This document shows, piece by piece, positions 28,801 to 37,612 of a stretch of 64,000 nucleotides of DNA (position 1 is its first letter; each line of letters starts with the position of its first letter). Under the pieces are notes generated by a model. That model was not told the origin of the DNA, did no database searches, and was given only the letters and a program-made list of their open reading frames with translations. Source of the stretch: Chthoniobacteraceae bacterium. GTDB taxonomy: Bacteria > Verrucomicrobiota > Verrucomicrobiia > Chthoniobacterales > Chthoniobacteraceae. Both the position numbers and the translations under genes were made by a program. The stretch spans positions 15,867 to 79,866 of the forward strand of contig CANIWM010000012.1 in the NCBI GenBank assembly GCA_947471505.1. Direction: 5' to 3'.

Positions 28801-30910
28801 GCGTCGCGCTGAGGTCGAGATAGTTTGCGAGCGCCTGATCCAGCAGCCGCTGCTGGGACGCAAATTCCGCCACCGCTTCCGTGCCGCGCAAATCGCGGAT
28901 GCGCTGCCGCAGCCCCGACCTCGCCTGATTCAGCGTGGCGTAAATGCCGGAGACGTCTTCGATTATCAGCGTCGTCTCCGTGGCGTCGGAGATTTTGAGG
29001 TTGCCGACCGTCTCCACTAGCAAATCGAGGTCTTTGGCTGCGGCGGCGATTTCCTCGTCGAGCTTCTGCGCATCCGCGACCTTCGGCATCTTCGGAACCG
29101 TTTCGCGCAGGATGGAAACCTTGGCCCGCAGTGGGTCGAGCGACTGCGGCGCGAGGAGAAATTGCACCGTGCGCTCAGCCAGCGCGGTGCTCGTGGCGGC
29201 GACCTCCTGCTCTGTTTTATCCACGAGTGCAGCGTCCACGTAGCGCAGTTCCCTGAGCGAAATCAGCTCGCCTCGCGCTGACCGTAGCGCCGCCAGCTTC
29301 TCTACAAAGTGCCCGATTTGATCAAAAGCCTGCGTCTGCAGCGCCCGCAAAATCGCTGTCGCTTTTTCCACCACGCGCTGCGTCTCGGTCGCGGTGTTGA
29401 GCTTGATCGCCGTGACCTTGTCAAACTCCGCCAGCGCCGCTGCCGCCGTCTCTTTAATCGCAGCCAGCGGTTCGCGCAGCGCAAACGCTTCGGCACGGTC
29501 CAGCCAGAAATACGTGTCGAGGATGTCCGTAGTTCGCTTCACCAAATCGAGGTAGAGCCCAGCGTAGCTGTCGTCCTTGCCGAGCAGCGTCAATATTTCA
29601 CCGCACTCGGCCATTGCTCGCACGACGGTCGGATTTCCGAGTTTAAAAAGGTAGCTGTCGTTCTTCGTCGGCGGTTGCCAATCCGCGCCGACGAAAGGCG
29701 TCTGCCAAATCTGCACGACGTGGTGTCTCTGCGGCTCCGGTCCAGCGCGGAAGACCGCCAACTCGCCGCCCTCGAACAGCGAAAAACCGTGACAGATGAG
29801 CGGCGTATCGCACTGCCGGGCGATGACGTTGTAGCCGAACAGCACGTAAGTCCCGCTGTCGCGCTCGTAGAACACGAACAGCGTGTCTTCGCCGTTGGGC
29901 GAGGCGATGCGCTTGTGGAAAACGAGCCCTTCCAGCGCCGTCTCGAACTCCTTGTGCTCGCCGCTTTGCAAGTAGTAGCCGCGTGGGTGGATGATGCCGT
30001 GACCGTCCGGCAGCAACACGCACGCCTCCTCAAGCGAATCAATGCGCAGCACCTCGCGGAGCTTTTCGTTGAAGACCAAATAGCGCGTCTTTTTTTCCTG
30101 ATACGGGCGGATGCGCAGCAGGATCAAATTGCCCAGCGAGGCGTGGAAAATCTCCGCGTCATCAAGCGTTTGGTCGCGCTGCTCGACGGGCTCGGAGTAA
30201 ATGCCAGCGCCGCTCGCCGTGTTATCCTCCACTTTCACCGTGAGGTCGCCGCCGACGCACTCGACGAACACCCGGTCCTCGATGCTGATGTGCGGATGCT
30301 GCCCCGCGCGGTGCTGCTCGCGCGTCGCGCGCTTCCACTCAAATTCGTGCTGCGGCGGGTAGAGATATTCGTGGTCGAACCGATTGCCGAGATACCGCAC
30401 CGGCGAGCCATCGCAAAGCCACTTACACGTCTTCACGTCCGTCACCGTCTTGCCCACGCGAAATTCCATGAACATGTGCGGCCCACGCACCGAGAGCTTC
30501 GAGAGCGCCGTGCCTTTGTAATAGCGGTAGAGCGACTTGAAATCCGCCTCAAATTGAGCATCCGCCAGCTCATCCAGCGGAAGTGCGGAAAAGGCGCGGT
30601 CCTTGTACTGGTAAAGTGCGAAGACATCCGCAAGCTGCGTCTCACTGCGCAGCCCAAGTTGCACATTGTAGCCAAAAACAAACCGTCCACCGCCGATGTG
30701 GCGCATGTCGCGAGGCGTGCAACTATTCTCCGTCGTGAGCCGCTCCGTAGCCACTAACGCTGTCGGTATCGCGCCAAACACATCCTGTCGCGAGGCGTTC
30801 AATTTCCCGAGTCGTTCGCGCAGCTCGGAGCCGTGCGAGTTCAGCCGGGCCCGAAGGATTTCGTAGGTGCCTTGCTCGAGTTTCTGCGGCGGAGCGTCGT
30901 TATCAGCCAT
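25829..30910 (-). CDS. giant (1693 aa) protein with a single C-terminal AAA+ ATPase module (AAA_5 / MoxR-McrB-dynein-like); N-terminal ~1300 aa uncharacterised
   Basis: Walker A LLLISPPGYGKTTLVEYVA, Walker B VMVCLDDIQH, sensor-1-like VVMAGNPYTESGEKFKIPDMLANRADTYNL. Long coiled-coil-prone segments. One uninterrupted ORF with consistent codon usage. Confidence 0.8.
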   Translation of the reverse strand: MADNDAPPQKLEQGTYEILRARLNSHGSELRERLGKLNASRQDVFGAIPTALVATERLTTENSCTPRDMRHIGGGRFVFGYNVQLGLRSETQLADVFALYQYKDRAFSALPLDELADAQFEADFKSLYRYYKGTALSKLSVRGPHMFMEFRVGKTVTDVKTCKWLCDGSPVRYLGNRFDHEYLYPPQHEFEWKRATREQHRAGQHPHISIEDRVFVECVGGDLTVKVEDNTASGAGIYSEPVEQRDQTLDDAEIFHASLGNLILLRIRPYQEKKTRYLVFNEKLREVLRIDSLEEACVLLPDGHGIIHPRGYYLQSGEHKEFETALEGLVFHKRIASPNGEDTLFVFYERDSGTYVLFGYNVIARQCDTPLICHGFSLFEGGELAVFRAGPEPQRHHVVQIWQTPFVGADWQPPTKNDSYLFKLGNPTVVRAMAECGEILTLLGKDDSYAGLYLDLVKRTTDILDTYFWLDRAEAFALREPLAAIKETAAAALAEFDKVTAIKLNTATETQRVVEKATAILRALQTQAFDQIGHFVEKLAALRSARGELISLRELRYVDAALVDKTEQEVAATSTALAERTVQFLLAPQSLDPLRAKVSILRETVPKMPKVADAQKLDEEIAAAAKDLDLLVETVGNLKISDATETTLIIEDVSGIYATLNQARSGLRQRIRDLRGTEAVAEFASQQRLLDQALANYLDLSATPEKCDEFLNKLMVQVEELEARFADFEEFVGELADKRTAFAGAFESRKLELIEARNRRANGLMSAAERILKGIKHRADSLPGLDEINAYFASDMMVEKVRDLTAQLVALGDSTKADDLGSRLKTIREDAVRQFKDRRDLFAGGSGAIQLGRHQFLVNTQELDLTIVQRGDAMCLHITGTNFFEPIEDAAFAETKAVWSLESVSETAEVYRAEWLAWLVVAQATRLQQSHGRPTRSSGESPVRTDAGEVACTTTEFAATRLGEGYIKGVHDLDAAKIVEAVVEMRRTLGLLRYDTQARTQAVLAWAALPDGEAKALLSAKLKGFGAMGRFFEQQAPAAELLGEIVHNVHAVHPVYGRDGQNGLDGPAAEFLFHVLSGDGVFPAAPEAVTLVDSFHAHLVERAGAGAFKDARKAVSADMHAEFSLIRNWLRAHAGEHLFLDEAAALTLRNSTVAATIHSSAVRELAGMNGSHSRISNGVLRLDYLDFSARMRCHETNVVPLYTRFVSLKRTLLEAARERLKLDGFKPKVLTSFIRNRLIDSAYLPLVGDNLAKQIGAAGDAKRTDRMGMLLLISPPGYGKTTLVEYVASRLGIVFMKINGPAIGHSVTSLDPTEAPNAAARDEMEKLGLAFEMGDNVMVCLDDIQHLSAEFLQKFISLCDGSRRIEGVWRGKSKTWDLRGKKVIVVMAGNPYTESGEKFKIPDMLANRADTYNLGDVVGAHADAFKSSYLENAAGSNPTLARLAARSQQDILAVLKIAETGSTEGADFESNWSPVEQAEFLGVMKKLIRARDVVLRVNEEYIRSAAQSDAFRTEPAFKLQGSYRNMGRLAEKISPVMNDAELESLLQTYYRNEAQTLTTGTEANLLKFKELTGTITPEESARWEEIKKTFRKNQLFRGADGKDPMVQVVERLTALQDSLGELGGVFAKALSKPAPILAQPITLFMTPPSSPPPPKASNEDMGAALREVSISTETLRQIWELIEADKAKQTSKD

Positions 30911-30964
30911 TAGAGAAAATTCGAGAACCAGCGAGTGAGTAGCGGGAGGCTTGGGCGTACATCG

Positions 30965-33037
30965 TTAGGCCTTTTTCCCCGCCGCCGTAAGGGGTTTCTC
31001 CGCGAGGCCGAGGCGGTGGGCTTGGCCGAGCAGCATGGTGAGCAAGCCTTTGGTTTTACCATCTTCGGCGATGTCGGCCATTTTGCTGAGGGCGGCCGCT
31101 ACGCTGAGGTTCTTCACATCTTCGCTCGTGAGGCCAAATTGACTTACGAACCCTTTGAGCTGCGTGTGGAAATACTCGGGGTCGCTGTTGAAGAATGTCT
31201 CTTTTATGTCGGTGAGAGTGGCGCTGCTGCTTACGAGTTTGTCGAACGATTTGCCGGCGGTGACTGCGCCAGTGATTCGGTCGAGGAAGGCCAGGTCGCC
31301 GCCGACGATGTCGATCTTCGCGTGCTTGAGGGCTTCGCTGACGACGGTGGCTTGGCTGCTCGCGATGTCGCCTTGGGTCTTGATTCCGGCAAGCTCAATG
31401 TCGCGCTCCTTGTTGAGGCGGAGTTTGAATTCCTCGTGCTCTTTGCCGACGGAATCGAACAGCTTCATCGCGGCGGCTTTTTTGGTAATTCCCTCAGCTT
31501 CGGCACTTGCTTTGAGCTGCATGACTTCCGCTTCGGCGGTGCCTTGATCGCGGACGGCGCCAGCTTTGGCTTGCTGGACTTGCGCTTCGGCAAGTCCGGC
31601 AGCAGCAGCGGTCGCGGTTTCGCCAGCGGCAAGGGAGATTTTCGCTGCGGACATCTTACAGGCTGATTGCTCTTCGGCGTCCGCGAGGATCAGCATTTCT
31701 TTGGATTTGCGGTCGGCGGCTTCGCGGGAAGCATCGGCGCGGGTGACGGTGGTCACGCGGTCTTGCTCGGCTCGCAGTTCAGCGGCCTTCTTCGCGGCCT
31801 CCGCTCCTTTGATGTCCTTGATGAGCACCTGCTCGGCTTCTTGCTCGGCGGCGGTGATGGCGACCTTCTTTGCACGGTCGGCAGTGGCGAAAGCCTCGGT
31901 GTCCTTAATACGCTGTTGCTCGACGACGACGGTTTTCTCCACTTCGAGACGTTGGCGGATCACGTCTTGGATCGCTTTCTTCTCTGTCTCGACGGCCTTC
32001 TCTTTATCGATTTGTGCTAGGGTCACGATGCGCTCGCGTTCGGTGACTTCGATTTGCCGGTCCCTCTCCACGCGCTCTTTCTCCACGGCGTCGGTGCGCT
32101 CTCGGTTTCGGGACGCGACGATTATTTGGCGGTTCTTGTTTTCCTCGGCGATTTGCAGTTCTTCCTCCACGGCGATGCGGGCCTGTTCGCCTTTGAGTCG
32201 GCCTTCTTCTTGTACTTTTTTCGACTCTGCATCTTCCCGGGCGGTGATGCTTGCGATCTCGCGCTTCTGCTTTTGCTCGGCTTCGGCGAGTTGCTTCTGC
32301 ATTTCCAAAATAGCCTCGCGGCCCTCCACGTTTTGCTTGGTGATTGTCTTCTCGCGCTCGTTGTCGATCTTGTTGGAGAGCACCTTTTGTGTGGCCGTTA
32401 GCTCGGTGATTTTCTTGATGCCTTCGGAGTCCAGAATGTTGTCGGGGTTAAGCAAAGACAGCGGCGTCTGTTCCAGATAATCAATCGCCACATCGTCGAG
32501 CACGAAGCCGTTCAAGTCCGTGCCGACGGTTTTCAAAATGCCCTCCTTCAGTTTGTCGCGGCTGTTGTACAGCTCGACGAAGTGGAACTGCCGCCCGACC
32601 GTTTTCAGCCCTTCGGAAAACTTTGCGTCGAACAATTCGATGATCGCCACCTGCGATGAAGCACGCTCACAGCCGACGGACTGTGCGACCTTTAGCACGT
32701 CTTCGGGCGTTTTATTTACTCGGACAAAGAACGCCACTTTGATGTCGGCGCGCATGTTATCCATACAGATGAGGCCGTTTTTTCCCTGCCGGTCGATCTC
32801 CACGCGTTTGACGGAAATATCTATCGTCTGGCAGCGGTGGATGACGGGAAAGACGACCATTCCTGAAAAGGAAACCTTCGTTCCGCCGACGCCGTTGCGG
32901 ACGAGCGCCTGACCTTGGTCCACCTTGCGGAAGCAGGTGAGAACGGTGAATAAGCCGCCCGCGACGATGAGGACGAGGGCGATGACTGAGACGTAAGCGA
33001 CGCTCTCTCCGAGCGACGCTGCAAGTAGTGTAATCAT
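30965..33037 (-). CDS. flotillin family protein (SPFH/band 7 domain, YqiK-like) with long coiled-coil C-terminus
   Basis: N-terminal TM helix, SPFH domain (QGQALVRNGVGGTKV...), then a ~300-aa Glu/Ala/Lys-rich coiled coil and a flotillin C-terminal region. 690 aa. Confidence 0.85.
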   Translation of the reverse strand: MITLLAASLGESVAYVSVIALVLIVAGGLFTVLTCFRKVDQGQALVRNGVGGTKVSFSGMVVFPVIHRCQTIDISVKRVEIDRQGKNGLICMDNMRADIKVAFFVRVNKTPEDVLKVAQSVGCERASSQVAIIELFDAKFSEGLKTVGRQFHFVELYNSRDKLKEGILKTVGTDLNGFVLDDVAIDYLEQTPLSLLNPDNILDSEGIKKITELTATQKVLSNKIDNEREKTITKQNVEGREAILEMQKQLAEAEQKQKREIASITAREDAESKKVQEEGRLKGEQARIAVEEELQIAEENKNRQIIVASRNRERTDAVEKERVERDRQIEVTERERIVTLAQIDKEKAVETEKKAIQDVIRQRLEVEKTVVVEQQRIKDTEAFATADRAKKVAITAAEQEAEQVLIKDIKGAEAAKKAAELRAEQDRVTTVTRADASREAADRKSKEMLILADAEEQSACKMSAAKISLAAGETATAAAAGLAEAQVQQAKAGAVRDQGTAEAEVMQLKASAEAEGITKKAAAMKLFDSVGKEHEEFKLRLNKERDIELAGIKTQGDIASSQATVVSEALKHAKIDIVGGDLAFLDRITGAVTAGKSFDKLVSSSATLTDIKETFFNSDPEYFHTQLKGFVSQFGLTSEDVKNLSVAAALSKMADIAEDGKTKGLLTMLLGQAHRLGLAEKPLTAAGKKA

Positions 33038-33729
33038 GATTGTGGTAGTGGATTGGCTGTGATGAAGAAGATGCGTTTGTCCCCGTCCTCGCGTACGATT
33101 ACGGCGAGGTCGCCTTTTGTGAGCACGGCATCGTTGAGCGTGCGGACGTTGATCAAAAGCGAAGCGCCGTTTGTGGAAATCTCCGCCTGACCAAACTCCG
33201 GCGTGGCCTCCATCGAGACGATGCGGCAGTGCTGGCCGGTGACTTCTACTTTCTCATCATACTGCTTGTTGAGTAGTCGGAAGAGCGGCTTCAGCGGCAT
33301 CGTCGCGTAGCGGGTAATTACGGCGGAGATGCACACATTTATTGCCAGAAAGAAGGCGGTCAAAATCACGGAGCCTCCTGTCCAATAAGCATTGGCGAAG
33401 ATGCCAAAAGCCCACATCGCCAAGATGAGGACGCTCAAGACGACCATCACGGGCACGTCGCCGAGGTTGACGAATTTCAGCACATTACCGTACCACGATC
33501 CGCTGTCCGAGTGGTGCCCGTGGTGATGGCCTTCGACGTTGTGGTGCATTGTGTCCACATCGACTTCGTGGTCAATGTGCGCGTCGTGGCTGACATCGAG
33601 GTCTGCATCCGGGTGCGGGCCACCGAGAGCACCCAACGCGACGAGTAACCAATAAAGCATCACGAGTACGAGCATCACGGTGAAGGGCAGGTTCACTAGA
33701 CGAAAAGATTCGTGCAGCAGCTCGTTCAT
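33034..33729 (-). CDS. NfeD/YqiJ-like membrane protein (TM helices plus C-terminal OB-fold) with His-rich loop
   Basis: Start MNELLHESF. Two or more TM helices and a C-terminal beta-barrel segment (GQAEISTNGASLLINVRTLNDAVLTKGDLAVIV). Stop overlaps the flotillin start (ATGA), the canonical NfeD-flotillin pairing. Confidence 0.65.
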   Translation of the reverse strand: MNELLHESFRLVNLPFTVMLVLVMLYWLLVALGALGGPHPDADLDVSHDAHIDHEVDVDTMHHNVEGHHHGHHSDSGSWYGNVLKFVNLGDVPVMVVLSVLILAMWAFGIFANAYWTGGSVILTAFFLAINVCISAVITRYATMPLKPLFRLLNKQYDEKVEVTGQHCRIVSMEATPEFGQAEISTNGASLLINVRTLNDAVLTKGDLAVIVREDGDKRIFFITANPLPQS

Positions 33730-33875
33730 AGCTGGAACGCGGATGTTTGGAGGTCGAAGTTCATGTTTTACCGATGCAAGCTTCCTGCCTTTAGCGCGGC
33801 AACCACAAATGGAAACTAGTCGGCGGTAGATTCTTCGATTTTCAAAGCGCCCCGTCTCCGAGTAGCGTGCGGGCA

Positions 33876-35159
33876 ATGACCGCAACTCTTCTCAAAAATG
33901 GCCGCATTCTGGACCCTGCAAACAAGCGCGACGAGGTGGGCGACTTGCTCATCGTCGGCGATAAAATCGCGCCGCTCTCGGCACTGGCGGGGCTGGCTGA
34001 AAAGCCCACGGTCGTTGATTGCACGGGGCTGCTCGTCACGCCGGGGTTGATTGATTTGCACGTCCATCTGCGCGAGCCGGGGCAGTCTGCCAAGGAGACG
34101 CTTGCGACAGGGACGGCTTGCGCGGCGGCGGGTGGTTTTACGTCGGTCGTGTGTATGCCGAACACGTCGCCCTCGGTGGATAGCGCGAGCGTTGTGACGT
34201 GGATTATCGAAAAAGCGAAGACGGATGCGGTGGTGAATGTATTCCCGACCGGCGCGCTGACGAAGGGCATCGCGGGTGAGGAACTCGCGCCGATTGGGGC
34301 GATGAAAAAGGCGGGCATCGTGGCGCTTACGGATGACGGCCACTGCATCCAGAACCACGAAATCATGCGCCGCGCTTGCGAGTACGCGCGGATGTTTGGG
34401 CTGACGGTGATGGACCATTGTCAGGACTATAATCTTGTCGGCAAGGGCGTGATGAATGAAGGCCGCGTCTCGGCGGAACTCGGCTTGCCGGGCTGGCCCG
34501 CGATCGGGGAGGAAATCATCGTCGCTCGGAATGCGCTGCTTGCGGAGCTGACGGGTACGCCGATCCACTGCCAGCATCTCTCCGCTGCCGGGAGCGTGCG
34601 CATTCTGCGCGAAGCGCGGGCGCGCGGCGTGGCGCTGAGTGGGGAGATTTGCCCGCACCATATCGCGCTGACAGATGAGACGATTCGGGGGTTCAACACG
34701 AACTTCAAAATGAACCCGCCGCTGCGCTCGCAGGAGCATGTGGAGGCGCTCATCGAGGGGGTTGCGGATGGCACTATCACAGTGTTGGCGTCGGACCACG
34801 CGCCGCATTGTGGGTTTGAGAAAGAGGTGGAGTTTGACCTCGCGCCTTTTGGAATTCTCGGACTGGAGACGGAGTTGGGGCTCTTCCTCGACATCCTCGT
34901 CCACAAGCGCAAAGCCATAGACCTCGCGCGGCTGGTCGAGCTTTACACCATCAATCCTGCGCGCCTGCTCGGGCTGGATCGCGGGACGTTGAGTGAAGGG
35001 GCGGCGGGGGATGTGACGGTCATCAATGCCGGGCTGGAGTGGACGGTGGATAAAGAGCAGAGCGCCTCGCGCAGCAGGAATAATCCGTTCCACGGATGGG
35101 AGCTGAAAGGGCGAGCGGTGAGGACGATTGTGGGTGGGCGGACGGTGTGGAGCCTGTAG
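33876..35159 (+). CDS. pyrC: dihydroorotase
   Basis: Metal-binding HVHLREPG, DxH motif, amidohydrolase fold and the conserved catalytic Asp block (VLASDHAPH). Confidence 0.9.
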   Translation: MTATLLKNGRILDPANKRDEVGDLLIVGDKIAPLSALAGLAEKPTVVDCTGLLVTPGLIDLHVHLREPGQSAKETLATGTACAAAGGFTSVVCMPNTSPSVDSASVVTWIIEKAKTDAVVNVFPTGALTKGIAGEELAPIGAMKKAGIVALTDDGHCIQNHEIMRRACEYARMFGLTVMDHCQDYNLVGKGVMNEGRVSAELGLPGWPAIGEEIIVARNALLAELTGTPIHCQHLSAAGSVRILREARARGVALSGEICPHHIALTDETIRGFNTNFKMNPPLRSQEHVEALIEGVADGTITVLASDHAPHCGFEKEVEFDLAPFGILGLETELGLFLDILVHKRKAIDLARLVELYTINPARLLGLDRGTLSEGAAGDVTVINAGLEWTVDKEQSASRSRNNPFHGWELKGRAVRTIVGGRTVWSL

Positions 35160-35174
35160 CTCTGGGCAGAGAAA

Positions 35175-35203
35175 AAGCCGCTCGGTGAAGAGCGGCTTTC
35201 TCT
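35175..35203. terminator. bidirectional intrinsic terminator between pyrC and the convergent response regulator gene
   Basis: Perfect 10-bp stem AAAGCCGCTC / GAGCGGCTTT with a 6-nt loop, followed by a T-run on the minus strand (TTTTTCTCT) and a weaker U-tract on the plus strand. Confidence 0.6.
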
Positions 35204-35232
35204 GGGTTTTGGGTATTGTAGGGTGAAGTGCC

Positions 35233-35619
35233 TTACGCGGCTTGCTCGGCTGCTTTGGGGGCTTGGTTCAGCACGCGCATGAGGGCGGAGTAGATTTCTG
35301 ATGGGCCGAGGCCTTTGCTGACGTAGCCGTTGGCTCCGGCCTTGCGGGCGGCTTGCATAGCTTCCTCATCGTAGCCAAGGCCGGTGAACATGACGATTGG
35401 CACGAGAGAGAATTTCTCCCGAATCATCGAGATGAGTGAGAGTCCGTCGATTTTCGGCATCCCGATGTCGAGGATGATGGCGTCGCACGGATTGAGGTCG
35501 AGCCAGCTCAGTGCTTTAGTTGGGTCGGTGAGTGAAGAGCATCCGTGACCTTTACTGCGGAGGTAAGTGGTCAGGAAGCGATTAAGTAAGCGATTGTCGT
35601 CAACAACTAGGAAGTTCAT
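35233..35619 (-). CDS. single-domain response regulator (CheY-like receiver)
   Basis: Receiver-domain residues: acidic pocket MNFLVVDDN, phospho-acceptor DAIILDIGMP and conserved Lys in GYVSKG. 128 aa with no output domain. Confidence 0.8.
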   Translation of the reverse strand: MNFLVVDDNRLLNRFLTTYLRSKGHGCSSLTDPTKALSWLDLNPCDAIILDIGMPKIDGLSLISMIREKFSLVPIVMFTGLGYDEEAMQAARKAGANGYVSKGLGPSEIYSALMRVLNQAPKAAEQAA

Positions 35620-35693
35620 CGGTATGGGCGTTTAGTTTTCGCTTACAATAGCAACGCGTGTGCCACTGACTCCCAAGTTTTCCACGACGGGAT

Positions 35694-36248
35694 TTAGAAA
35701 ATGAAAAAGCCCAGCGCGACCGCAGCGAATGAAGCTCCGGCAAACCGCACCAGCGGTGTGCGAGTTGTGCCGAGTGCCAATCCTGCCGTGTGGAGCGCGG
35801 CGCTGGAAATTACCATCCCGACTCCATAGAGCGCACCCATCGCATTCGCAGGAATCTCAGCCCCGTGTGCTGCTCCGTGAAAGAGTCCACACACTGCCGC
35901 AAAGCTCACCGCGACTGGCAGCGAGAGACGCATCGCAACGGCGAGGACGGTTCCCAGCAGCAGCACGCTCAGTGCGACGCCGTGCTCCACTCCAGGAATC
36001 GCAGGCCCCACAAACCCTACCGCTAATGCAGCCACAAATGCCGCAGGTACCGCCCAGCGAGCGCGCCCTCCGAGTTGTGCGCCGAGCAGCCCGATTGCCA
36101 GCATTGCGAGGAGGTGGTCCGCACCGAGGAACGGATGCACCGCTCCGGCAGAAAGGTCCACGATTCCATGCCCAGGATGCGCTTGCACGGTGGCGGGAAT
36201 TGCGAGTGCGATGATGGGCAGCGCCCGGCGGATGAAGTGTGTTGTCAT
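35694..36248 (-). CDS. HupE/UreJ family metal (Ni/Co) transporter accessory protein
   Basis: Signal peptide followed by HPGHG immediately after the cleavage site, and Gly/Ala-rich TM helices with conserved His (LFHGAAHG). Start chosen at MTTHFIRRAL. Confidence 0.7.
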   Translation of the reverse strand: MTTHFIRRALPIIALAIPATVQAHPGHGIVDLSAGAVHPFLGADHLLAMLAIGLLGAQLGGRARWAVPAAFVAALAVGFVGPAIPGVEHGVALSVLLLGTVLAVAMRLSLPVAVSFAAVCGLFHGAAHGAEIPANAMGALYGVGMVISSAALHTAGLALGTTRTPLVRFAGASFAAVALGFFIF

Positions 36249-36316
36249 AGCTGGAGTAGAGTCTGAAATGCTGGGGTAACGCAACTTCTTGATGTGGACG
36301 TTCGTTCGTCTGGAGT

Positions 36317-37612
36317 TCACCGCATCGCCGCTTCGATCTCGTCGGCTTCGAGGGGGATTTTGCCCATCAGATTGACGGGGCCTTTTTCGGTGACGAGGAC
36401 GGTGTCTTCGAGACGCACGGCCATCTCTTCTTTGGGGATGTAGATGCCGGGCTCCACCGTCATCACCCAGCCTGCCTGCATGGGTTTTGTCGTATCGCCG
36501 ACATCATGCACATCGAGGCCGATGGGGTGGCCGAGGCCGTGCATGAAATACTTCTTCACTGCTGGGTTTTCTGGGTCTTGTTTCTTCACATCCTTGGGCT
36601 TTAAAAGGCCGAGCTTCAGCAGCTCTTCCGTCATCTGGGCTTCGGCAGCTTTTTGCCAATCCTTCGGCAGCACGCCGGGCGCGAGCCGCTGAGTGCTGGC
36701 GCGGAGGACTCGGAGGACGGCGTCGTAGATGGAGCGTTGGCGTTTGGAAAATTTGCCGTTCACCGGGATGGTGCGCGTCATATCGCTGGCGTAGTTCGCG
36801 TAGCCGGAGCCCACATCAAGGAGAAGGAGTTGCCCGTCTTTGAGCGGCGCGACGTTTTCCTGATAATGGAGGCAGCAGGCGTTTTTGCCCGCCGCCACGA
36901 TGGGCTCGTAGGCAAAGCGGGCGCGGTTGCGGATGAATTCGTGGGCAAACTCGGCTTCCACATCGGTCTCGGTTTTTCCGGGTTTCGTGAACTTGAGCAC
37001 GCGTTTGAACGCTTTGCCCGTCAGGCCGCATGCGCGCTGGATGACTGCGATTTCCGCCGCACTTTTGACCACCCGGCACTCGTGTAGGAGCGGCGCGAGG
37101 CGGCGGTAGGTATGCAGCGGATAACGGCGTTGCACTTCGCGGATAAACCGCTCGTCGCGCGTTTCCACTTCGCAGGATGAGCGCTTGTGTTCGTTGCTGT
37201 TGATGAAGACGTGATCGGCCTCGCAAATCATCCGCCGTAACATTCCCCAGAAGTCCTGCGACCATTTGATCTGCGTCATGCCCGTGAGCTTCTGGGCCTC
37301 ATCCTTGCGAAGTTTGTGGCCCTCCCACAGCTCGTTGTGTTCATTCCCCTCGCGTAGGAAAAGAACCTCACGCATCTTCTCGTCATCCGCATCTGGGAAG
37401 AGGACGAGGATGCTCTCCTCCTGTTCCACGCCGGTGAGGTAAAAGAGGTCGCTGTTGGGGCGCATGAGGATCGAGCCATCGGCGTTGGTCGGCAAAATGT
37501 CGTTTGCATTCACGATCGCGACGCTGCGAGGCGGCAGCAGTCTCGCGAGGCGGGCGCGGTTTTCGGTAAAAAGAGATGGCGGAAGTGGATCGTGTCGCAT
37601 CACGCGATTCAT
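36317..37612 (-). CDS. pepP: Xaa-Pro aminopeptidase (M24B family)
   Basis: Creatinase-like N-terminal domain plus pita-bread fold with metal ligands (DVGSGYANYASDMTRT, HGLGHPIGLDVHD and a terminal Glu pair). Confidence 0.85.
   Translation of the reverse strand: MNRVMRHDPLPPSLFTENRARLARLLPPRSVAIVNANDILPTNADGSILMRPNSDLFYLTGVEQEESILVLFPDADDEKMREVLFLREGNEHNELWEGHKLRKDEAQKLTGMTQIKWSQDFWGMLRRMICEADHVFINSNEHKRSSCEVETRDERFIREVQRRYPLHTYRRLAPLLHECRVVKSAAEIAVIQRACGLTGKAFKRVLKFTKPGKTETDVEAEFAHEFIRNRARFAYEPIVAAGKNACCLHYQENVAPLKDGQLLLLDVGSGYANYASDMTRTIPVNGKFSKRQRSIYDAVLRVLRASTQRLAPGVLPKDWQKAAEAQMTEELLKLGLLKPKDVKKQDPENPAVKKYFMHGLGHPIGLDVHDVGDTTKPMQAGWVMTVEPGIYIPKEEMAVRLEDTVLVTEKGPVNLMGKIPLEADEIEAAMR

Noticed and set aside
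26063-30757. Large antisense ORFs (26063..27289, 29309..30757) inside the giant AAA+ gene, and 33816..35093 antisense to pyrC
   Set aside because: Same high-GC antisense artefact. The sense-strand genes have clear motifs (Walker A/B; dihydroorotase metal ligands).
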